DNA from: Dipteris shenzhenensis
Lineage: Eukaryota
Assembly (NCBI GenBank): GCA_047967505.1
Contig: CM106538.1
DNA: 64,000 nucleotides
Direction: 5' to 3' (one strand)
The position numbers and the translations under genes are program-made. The number at the start of each line of letters is the position of its first letter. Position 1 is the first letter of the stretch. Below, one piece after another: positions 11,863-22,200 of the stretch. Under the pieces are notes generated by a model. The model saw only the letters and a program-made list of their open reading frames with translations, did not search any database and was not told the origin of the DNA.

Positions 11863-12062
11863 TTTCAAACTATCTCTATTCTACTCTTGACTAGTCATTT
11901 TTCCTCCTCTTTGTGCATGTTTTTCTTACACATGCAAAAATCTCTTAGAGAAAACTTCCGTCCAAGCTTCTTGTTTCAATCTACTCTTGATTAGTCACTT
12001 TCCCTCCTCTTTGTTCAAGTTTTTCTTATACCTGTGAAAATCTCTCAGAGAAAACTTCTGCC
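11863..12062. repeat. ~100-bp tandem duplication
   Basis: CTACTCTTGA(C/T)TAGTCA...AGAGAAAACTTC starts at both 11881 and 11981. Confidence 0.85.
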
Positions 12063-12429
12063 TAAGCTCTATTCATTCCTCCTCTCTTCTATTTTGTTAT
12101 TACTTCCATTCATTCGTACATTGCTACTCTCTTCTTAGAAACCAAAGGTACAACGTGATTCTTCTTTGAAGGAGTATGAAAAAAGGGTGTTCTATTATTT
12201 TTGCCTCTTTCTCTACCTAATTGGAGTATAAAGAATCAACTTCAGAAAAAAGGACACATAGTTTCGAGGTAATGAAGTGATTTCACTTTGAAAGTCATCT
12301 CTTTATTATGTTTTTATCTCACAAGTCATTTGTATGTTTGTTGCAAAAGGTAGAGAGGAAGAGGAGATAGAGGTTGATGATATTTAGAGCCATAAGATTA
12401 TTTTGACATTTGTTTCTTCTCTGGTATAG

Positions 12430-13793
12430 GAGGGACAGAGAGAGGGAGAGCCTCTTAGAATTAATGGAAGTAACCGGTCTTCGTGAGGATGAGGTGCTAT
12501 GCCATGTTGCAAATGATGCCTTCGATGATTCCATTGACTTCAGTGCTCTCATCGATCCAAAGGTCAATGAGATAGCACACTATGATGACTCCAACCTTAG
12601 CGGTTTAGAGGCAATCTGCCTCATACAAAAAGTGATTGAGGATGTCGAGCCAAAGTACCAGATGTCCGATGAACAATTCCTAGATTTGCAGAGAAAGTTG
12701 TTCGGGGACAAAGAGGAAAAAGGTGGCACCTCAAGTCAACATGAAGTGCAAGACGAACCACAAAAGGGATTGCAGCTGGACACTATGGTTGATACCCTTT
12801 GCGATGAGGCAAAAAGGGTATGTACTTTTAATAGCTTAGGGTTTATTTTCATTATTTGATTCATATCGCTTATTCTCTTCTAGTTTTCCATGATAATATT
12901 CTTCTAGCATATAGAATGCATGAGTGTTTATGGTATTTGTGGAATATTAATAAAAAACATGCAAAAAAATCAATGTTCATTAGGGAATCAAACCAGGGTT
13001 TAGGGTTTAACAAAAATTAATTCTTTTAAATCTATGTGATCATTCAAAACATCTGAAGCATATTGTGAGTTTTAAGGTCCAAAAATACAAGATAATATTC
13101 CCACCTGAAAATTTTAAGGTTTGAATAGATCATTTCTTTTTTGGATTTTATGGGACCCCATGTACTCCAAATGACCCCAAACTTCACCATATGACTGATC
13201 ATGCCCAGAAGGACCCTAGAAGCATAAAATCCGGCATCGTGCGACCAAGGCCAACTTTTTTCATTGTGCAACCCTGGTCGCATGATGTCGGATTTTGTGC
13301 TTCCAGGGTCCTTCTAGGCATGATCAGTCATATGGTGAACTTTGGGGTCATTTGGAGTACATGGGGTCCCATAAAATCCAAAAAAGAAATGATATGTTAA
13401 AACCCTAAAATTTTCAGGTGATTTTTAAGACTAGGATTTATCCTACCATAAATATGCTTTCATATAATCACAAATCAAGGTTTAGGTTGTTGATGTGGTA
13501 TGTTTATTCCATGATATTTTGTGGGTTGATAAATATGTGAGGCACAAGGGCGGAAGCAGAAGACCTTCTGCAGGAGGATTGACTTCATTTGGTCACTATA
13601 TTGACCAAGTTCAAAAGCACATTTTGATCTTTCATCGACAATTATCGCCCGAAGGAAATTTGAATATTATGAAGTTCAGGGTCCTGGATGGACAAAGAGG
13701 GAGAGAGGGTGCGAGAGTGAGAGAGGGGGATGGGGGATCAAGGGCAAGTGGGAGGGGGTGTTGTGTGGGAGGGGAGAACTCTTAAAACGATGA
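12430..13793 (+). pseudogene. Putative spliced ORF of unknown function, convergent with the RAG1-like transposase
   Basis: Acidic exon 12430-12817 (acceptor TATAG, donor AGG|GTATGT). A phase-0 exon at 13542-13793 reads AQGRKQKTFCRRIDFIWSLY*PSSKAHFDLSSTIIARRKFEYYEVQGPGW, with one TGA at 13602. Splicing is inferred. Confidence 0.45.
13102..13420. repeat. Long inverted repeat (~150-bp arms, ~21-bp spacer containing CATTGTG)
   Basis: 13102-13250 is the near reverse complement of 13272-13420. The ORF track shows the same peptide on both strands. Confidence 0.95.
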
Positions 13794-14035
13794 AATGAAA
13801 ATGAGAGCCAATTCCTTCATATAGGGCCCAAAACCCTGCTTTTTGAAAATACTTGTAGAACATGAACTTGGCGCAACCTTGAGCTCAACATAACCTCCAA
13901 AAGCATAGAATTGGTGCAACCTAGATCTGGTAACCTATAATTAACATTGAACAACCTAAGATTTTCCTTTTTTTGCATTGATACGCTGACTTGATTGCAT
14001 ATCACCTAACTAAAATTACAAATAAATTCTGAAAT

Positions 14036-16753
14036 TTATGAATGGGCATCCACATTGGAAGAGTCTACACCATCAATTTCATCTAACTCCACCCATATAC
14101 ACCCATCTTGCACTAAGGACTCTTTGAATGCCAGTGTTGCAGTTGCTCTTATTTCGATACGCCTGTACCACCATCGAACTAATTGAACCATCAGGCTTGA
14201 CTTAGTTCTACCACCCCCATGTTGGGTCGCCCTGTTATACACACAACGTGGTTGCCAATGCGATCTTTCCATGCCCTGAGTGGACCACACTCCAATGCTT
14301 CCATCATGCCGCCATGCCATGTATGGTGCATGTGCATATAAAATGTGCTACCAAACAAGAAAACAAATTAATAAGTATGGGGCCAATCAATATGTACATC
14401 TTAATATGTAAGTTAGAGATTACCATGCACTGTGTGAAATGATTCTTTCCCTAGGCGCGATCTCCATATTCTGGCTAAAGTCATTCACAGCATTGATAAA
14501 ACGATGCGCATCATCATCTTTGAACCTTTTCTTTTGTAGCAAAGGTACCAAGCTATCAAGAGCTAACCAAACTCGAGCTTTTTCCTATCTTTTTTTCCCC
14601 TTTCCCCCTCGTTCACAATAGGCATTGTGTAACTTTCGCCATACATCAAACTCATCAGCACGTTTGAGCCTATCATTCTTTTTCTTTGCATAAAGAAATT
14701 TTAAAGCCTTGACACCTCCAAAACTTGGCTTACAAGGAACATTGCCTGTTTTTCCAAATCTTTTCTCATCTTTTGTAATCTTGACTCACCCAGAGTGTAG
14801 TCCCATATCTGAAAGCACTTTTTCAATTCTTGCAATCATTCTCTCACTTTCTTGTTGGGGCTTTAAGTTATATGCATCAATGATATATAGATGCACCAGC
14901 TTTTCAATTATTCTCACAATGGCATGAAGGGCACAAATATGTACTCTCTGAAGAGGAATTTCAAGAATTGGGCTCCACGATGGATCTTTCCTCGGAACAT
15001 CACGATCTGGTGCCTTTGTCTGATCAATCTCTACAGGTTCACAAGCCCATTGCTTTTGGTTCTTTTTACTTGCCTGTAATGGTACTCTCTTTTGTATGCA
15101 CAATGGACAAAGATGGCTTGTATTTGCTCCATGTGCCACATTAAACATATATTTAATAGTGAGGTCAGTAGCCACATGCCATTCTACACAATAGGATCCA
15201 TAGCCCTCAACCTCAAGTAGCTCACCATTGTTAAGACCTTTGATCACACTTGGGATATCTATTTGGTCAAACAAAATTGAATGTGACTCCTTTGGCACCT
15301 GTAAAACCAACTCACATTCTATTTCAAAATATTCCAAGCATTTTCCATTATTACCAAATCAAAATTCAAATTTCCATGGTACCTCAAATGCAGCCAGCCA
15401 CCAAATCCTATTCTGATTGAACGCTGAACTGCCTTGCATCATCAAGCTCAACTTGAAGGTCCAATATTCTATTCACCAATATCAAACTGACTCTTTCTAA
15501 TTTTTGACCTTTGACGACATCGCTTTCATCAAGCTTTAGTATAATCTTTAGTTGACCATTGCATTCTTCCACAAGCATATCATAAAACTTGACCATGGCT
15601 TGCAAAACTCTTTGAACATCCATAATAAAGTTGTTGTTGACTGTGAGTTCCAATTCTTTGGACTCTCCAGCCTTCCCTTTCACAGTTAGTGTACTACATA
15701 CATGATGAGGCTCACCAACTAAATCAAGTACACCCAAATTGAGAGCATGCCTTACCTTATCAACATCGGTGGGTTTTGGAAGCGGGGTTTTATCTTTTGT
15801 TCCTACAAAAAGGCATGCTTTCTTTGAGCTCTTAAATATGAGACGATATGCCCTCGTACTTATCCCTGTAGTGTCACAGACTCCCTATGCATTACTTGCA
15901 TTAAATTGCTCCACAACTTTGCTCATGGAATTGGATGTTATCTCTGATTTTAGACTTTTGAATTTCGGATGTTGTATAGTAGACTCCAACATTTTTTCAT
16001 AAACACTTCACTCATAGCACAAGACTGTTCATCATGGATAGACATGAGTTCTAAAACAGTCCTACAAGCTCTCACTCGACACTTCCAATGACCACTTTTC
16101 TTGGATATTTCATCCATTGAATGCAAGTTCCTCTTACAAAGTCTTGGACCCATAGGAGTATCCTTCATGAATGCTAATGTTCTTTCCAATTTCTTGATCT
16201 CATATTTAAGAGATGTGTTTTGTGTCTATAATTGAATTACATTTACAGTGTGCTCTCCCAACTAAGCATCTAATGTTTGAACCTTTTCCTATAATTCATG
16301 ATTTTTATTCTCTATGCCATCATACCATTTTTCTTTTGCAGTCATCTGAACAGTTGTAGCTTGCATAGATGATACCAAATGTTGATTCCAAGACTCTAAC
16401 ATTGAAATCCTTTTGTCTCTTTCGTTAAGCAAAAATTCATAGTGGGTGTGAAGGCTCCTTGCTCCATGAACAATCAACCTTTTACAATATCCTGACAAAC
16501 CATTCTCACCCTTACATAGAAAATTTATTAAGCTAGTCAACCCATGGAATTGAGGGGCCTGACAAGTTTGTGGATCTATTGGATATATCTTCCCATCTAA
16601 CCACAAATCCATATGAGTTTTTTCTTGATTTTGAAGAGCTACCAAATCAATTTCACTTGCTAAGGAGGATTCATTCCTCTTCAGAAATGGTGCATTTTCT
16701 GCATCAATTTGAAAATGGATGTCCACCTTTTTCTTTTTCCTAAGGGCCTCCAT
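14036..16753 (-). pseudogene. RAG1/Transib-like DDE transposase with a 76-bp intron (several stops and frameshifts)
   Basis: Ordered motifs: CDTTGISTRAYRLI, LKIILKLDES (D ~15529), WHVATD (D ~15165) x18 CPLC, VHICALHAIVRI, then HFTQCM|intron 14423-14348|HILYAHAPYMAWRHDGSIGVWSTQGMERSH (E ~14268). Confidence 0.8.
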
Positions 16754-17639
16754 GGTTTCATACACTTTCCACCTAACACAACATAATATTGACATCAGCA
16801 AAGAACATATATATTCAACGCACAAAACTAATACCACATACAAAAATCACATAAATAATAAATAATAATACCAAATCACAAAACTAATGCCACATATACA
16901 AATCACATAAATAAAATAACCTTGCCTTAGAAAAACATAGTAAGTCAATTAACGTAGTAAATTACACAAAACAACATATAGTATAATTAATATCACAAAC
17001 ATAATTAAACTATTGTATGTATAGAAATTAAAACAAACTATATCAGACATGCTTTAAAGAATAATGAATATCAATAACATCAGCACATATACATGATAAA
17101 ATGACAGAAAACAAAACTAATATCACATACAAAGATAGCACACTAAATAATAATGACTTGCATAGCAAATTTAGAGGCACAATTGAGTTTGTAAATCATA
17201 AATAAACAACACAAATCACATCAAAATACTACAGACATTGTTAAAATATCAAATGCAAAACATATCAAACACTTAAATAAACAATACCTGATTCTTAAAA
17301 TAGAGATCTTTGGAGAAAAACGTGATCAAACTTGTTCTCCTCACTGGACCCTCTTGTATTACAAGAGGCTGCTGCAGATGGATCTTACTCCATAACAAAT
17401 AATATGCAACTAAACATCTCGAAATCTATTTCAAAATAGAAAATTATACATAATAAGAGTGTAGAGACTACTCTTTTACTATTGCACTATTCTTTCTTCT
17501 AAGAAAGCCTCTATGAGCTCACTTTTCATGAAAATTCTTTCAAATGTTTAAAAAAACAAAAACTTGTGAATGAATAGTACCTGATTCTTGAAAAAATGTG
17601 ATCAAACTTGATCTCCTTAATGGCTGGACTAGTACGAGC

Positions 17640-17850
17640 GTAATGCACTAACTGCTTACTAGATGCAAGGTGAAGAGATGATGCTTCATAAGCGAAGCAA
17701 CATTGCCACGTAGAAACAAGAAAAAAGTGTGGCTTTTACTCAGATGTAGTAATGGGGACACTTCTTGTCAACATGTATGGTCAATGTGACTAAATGGTGA
17801 ATGCACATGTAATCTTTGATGATATGGATTATCATGGAGTATGGATGACA
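17640..17850 (+). pseudogene. PPR-gene fragment, part of a segment duplicated at ~30.7-31.2 kb
   Basis: Reads DVVMGTLLVNMYGQCD*MVNAHVIFDDM. Nucleotide similarity to 30890-31210 continues to ~18090. Confidence 0.65.
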
Positions 17851-19255
17851 ATAAATAAGCCACCTCAATTGAAAAGAAATAAAAAAAGTATTGAGTAGTT
17901 GAGGAAGGCATGTGGGAGGGGTGGTTGATTAGTTGAAAAGGCATGATGGGAGGGGTAGAAAGGCAAGGAAAGGGATAAAGACAAGAGTGACTAACAAAAA
18001 AATCCCTCTATTTATGACGGGAAGGCCCTTTCCCTCTGTCTTATATGTGAGAGCATAAATTTAAAACCCTTATACTCTCACAACATCTTCATGTAGCATG
18101 TCCTGAGTTTTGCCCCCCATTTTAAAGAAATTTCATTGTATCTAGCCTTTGATATTAGCTTAATTTGGGATACTCCACCTCTTTACCAAAGAGACCAATT
18201 GAATTTCTCAATTGGAAAATAAATTCCTTTTCAATTACCTTTCTCCTTAGGCCAAGTTATATGCATGGAATAATTTGTTGAGATTAAGCATGCCTTTAGA
18301 ATATGTATATGGGAATTATAATTGAAAAAACTAATCAAGGGAGCACTAAATGTTTTAAAAATGCCAAGCCATTCCCTCTTTGACAGCTCTAACTCCTTTA
18401 AGGTCTTGGGTTCAGTTCCTGTCAAGGTGAGACCATATTTTGGATAAAACTCTGCCTTCTTAAGGCACAAGTTGGACTACTTTAGATACTCCACTTTAGA
18501 GCTTTACGTCTGCCTGCACACAGATAGAAGAATATTTGTTGTAAACATATATAATATAATAATTATTAATATGGATTATTTAAATAAGAATTTAAGCTAA
18601 ATGTCACCAAGTCCCTCTTTCTTTAGAGTTTTCAAGAATTTCTCTTTCTCTCTCATCTTTCATTTCTTTCTCAACCTCACTTTGCACCATAAAACATTAT
18701 AAAATTTCAGCTGATACCAAGAGCAATCATGCCTAAGTGTCATAGTGCAAAAAAATTATACCCAAGAATTTCCTTATCATGGAGAGAAAGCGCATGAAAG
18801 CTACTTAGAAATGTAGTCTCAAGCTACTAGTGCTAGGAAGTACAAAAGAAAATAAGATTTTAGCAAGCATACAACATGTCAAGTTAATTGCTAAAGAGAA
18901 AATGAGTGAAAGTAGATTAATGTTATGCTAGTTGGCATGTGTATGCTAACTTCAAAATACCACTGTATTTTCTTACATGCTATAGGTATCAAAGCTAATG
19001 TAAGTGTTTTATTATGTGCATTCATGTTAAAAGAAGATACAAAGCACAAGTTATCACAAAGTTATTTCTCCTTGTTAATATCTCCTTGTGATTTTAGACT
19101 ATAACATACTACTACAATGCAAATACAAGAACTATGTACACCAGGAAAAAAAATGGAAATATAGATACATGCATCAAGAGAAAGAAAATCCATGTAAATC
19201 CATAGAAGAAACAAAAGAGAATATATTAAGTGGTAAATGAAGAGCATATGCTCAA

Positions 19256-22200
19256 TGTAGGCCATCCTCTCTCGGTCATATTGATGCCCTTTGGGCCTTG
19301 GTATGTGCCATGTAGCTTTAGTTATTGGCACTTAGGTCACGTAGTACTTTTAGTGTCTAAAATGTACCTATATCTAAAAATCTAAGTGTTTTTGCACATT
19401 TGTTAGCCCCCTTCTATAAGTGTACATGTCTTAATGTGTGTACCTACTTCATACAACCTTCCGTATAAGTGTACCGATAGATCAATTGTTCGTACAGCTT
19501 GTACCTGCTCCATGCCAACAGCCTACTGATAAAGAGTGATATCACATGGTGGGCTCCCATCATGAGGTGAAATTTGAAGCCAGGGTCCACTGGAGTAGCA
19601 ATTGGCTTGCAATACTCAAACTAAAAATGATCAAGGAGCTGTCCAATATACTTGGACTATGACATCATGATACCCCCCTCAACATGAGCAAACTAAATGC
19701 CCAAATAATAGTGCAACTATCCCATGTCTGACATTTCAAAAGCTTGCTGTTGTAAATCAGCCTTGAAAGCTAGCAATATGTCATCCACATATAAAATCAA
19801 CACTAAAAAGTCAGATCCACTCCCATGGACATAAAGAGTGGGCTTTGTGGGGCTATTCTGAAAACCAAGGGATAGTAAGTGTGCATGAATTTTAGCATAC
19901 CATGACCGGGGTGCTTGCTTCAAACCATAAAGGGCTTTTCTCAGCTGGCATACCTTGTTTTCAAAGCCAACAACCTCAAAGCCACGAGGTTGTGTCACAT
20001 AAACTTCTTCCTACAGATCCCCATGAAGAAAGGCAGTCTTGATGTCAAGCTAGTGCACTTGCCAATGGTGATGGGCTGTAATAGCAATGACACATCTAAT
20101 AGTAATAATCCTGGAAGTGGGAGTAAAGGTCTCCTCAAAGTCAATGCCTTGTTGTTGGGCATACACTTTTGCAACAAGACAGGATTTGTGTCGATCTATG
20201 CTGCCATCAGATTTCCTTTTTAATTTGTAGGCCCACTGAGTACCAATGGTATGCTTGCCGGGAGGGAGATCTACTAATTCCCATGTGTCATTGTTGGCAA
20301 TAGATTGTAGCTCTCAGCTCTCATTACATCCATCCACTCTTTGTTGTCAAAAGCATCTTTATGGCATAAAGGCTCTTCATTGCAAGCTATAGCAAGGAGT
20401 ACAAACTCAAGAAAGTGACCATGCATCTGTTTATTCCCTAATCTTGCCTAGGCAGCAAGAGGTTGATCTTGTTTGCTGTCCCTTAATGTGTCAAAAAGCC
20501 ATCTGGTAACTTGCCTTTGCTATCTATTGATAGCTCTTTCTTCAATCATTGCATCATGAATAATGGGATCATTTTGTGCTAGAAGAGGAACTTGCAAATC
20601 AGCATGGGGTGCTAGCTGATCATTGCTTGTTGGAGGGCTTGCAAGAGGCTCATGTTGCTAGTCAAAGTCCCCCTCTGAGGGAAGCAGAGGTAACCAAGAG
20701 TCAAAGGCATCAAACTTGTCAACTTCTGGCTTAGCTTTGCAGTCCACAAGAGGAGAAGCCAAAAGTTCAGCAAAGATTACATCTCTACTGATGACAATAA
20801 TCTTCCTAGTATTTGGTTGATACAACCGATACCCTCTGCTCTCCTAGCTATAACCAATAAATATGCATTTTATTGCCTTATCATCAAGCTTATGTTTCAG
20901 CTGAGATGGTACATGAACATATGCAAGAGACCCAAAAACTCTCATGTGTGAAAGTGAAGGCTTCCTACCTTTCTATGCTTCATAAGGTGTAACAGTCCTC
21001 AATTCCCTTGTTGGTGATCTATTTAGCACATAGTTGGCACACATCACTGGATCAAGACAAAATTTATTGGGCAAGGACTTGGCCTTAAGCATGCATCTGG
21101 CCATCTCCATAGTGGACCTGTTCTTCCTTTCAGGAATAGGATTATGCTGAGGAGTGTAAGGAGTAGTGCATGAGTGAACAATGCCTCGTGAAGACAAAAA
21201 TGCATCAAACTCCTTTGACATATACTCTCCCTCCCTATTTGTGTTGAGGGTGACAAGCTTGCATCCTGATTCATTCTCAACCATATTCAGCCACCTCTGA
21301 AAGCATGAGAACACTTCAGATTTGGCTTTTAAAGCATATACCCAGCAATATCTTGTGAAGTCATCAATTAGAGTCATGAAATATTTGTACCCCCCTATGG
21401 CATTTGTCCTCATTGGGCCACAAACATCACTGTGCACTAGTTGCAATTTCGTTTGTGAGAGTTTTGGACAATTCTTTTGAAAAGGAAACCGATGCATCTT
21501 ACCCAAAAGACAACCCTCACACACATGTTTGGAAACTGTGTGAGTTTGAGGTACATCATTTGTCATGCCCTATGAATGTAACTTGGCAAGAGCTCTATAA
21601 TTGAGATGACCCATTCTCTCATGCTAAAGATGAGTTTCAGCAAGCTGTGAACCTGAAATAGCAAATGCTTCAATAGAAAGTGCAGCTGAGTGATGATCAA
21701 GGTGATAAAGCCCCTTTTGCAAAGTGCTAGTAAGAACTATGGCATTGTCATCATGAAGATCATATATTAGGCATCTGTATCCATCAAAAATCACTCTGAA
21801 ACCTGAAGTGGCAATTGCTAAAATTGAAATCAAGTTGACTTCAATCCTAGGCACAAAAAGAACATTTGTCAAAGTGATAGGATGGCTTGAAATGGATGTG
21901 AGCTGCACATCTCCAATTCCTTATTTAGCATAGGAAGCATTATTAGCACATGTGACAGTCCCCCCTTGAGGTGCATTAGTTAAGGAATGAAACAACTATC
22001 TGCAAGATGTGACGTGCTTGGAAGCACCACTATCAAAATACCAATACTAAGCATCATTAGTAATAAAGAATGCATCAACTTTGGATGGATCAAAGGAGCA
22101 ATGGATGGCCCATGCCCAATCATCCTGGAGAGCATGTGCATGTGAGGCATCTACTGGCTTATGGGATTCAATTGCATGTGAGGCATTGACTGTCAGTCTT

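Noticed and set aside
13044-13400. Near-identical peptides on opposite strands (also at 34924-35372)
   Set aside because: A by-product of DNA palindromes, not genes.
12430-13793. Calling the convergent ORF a RAG2 homologue
   Set aside because: No kelch repeats or PHD Cys/His pattern are visible, and it is too short; only the layout is similar.
14428-14434. Perfect RSS heptamer CACAGTG on the minus strand
   Set aside because: It lies inside transposase coding sequence with no nonamer at 12/23 spacing; a chance 7-mer.
18700-19000. PBS-like strings (TGATACCAAGAGC, AGGTATCAAAGC) hinting at another LTR element
   Set aside because: No paired LTR, PPT or TSD could be identified.
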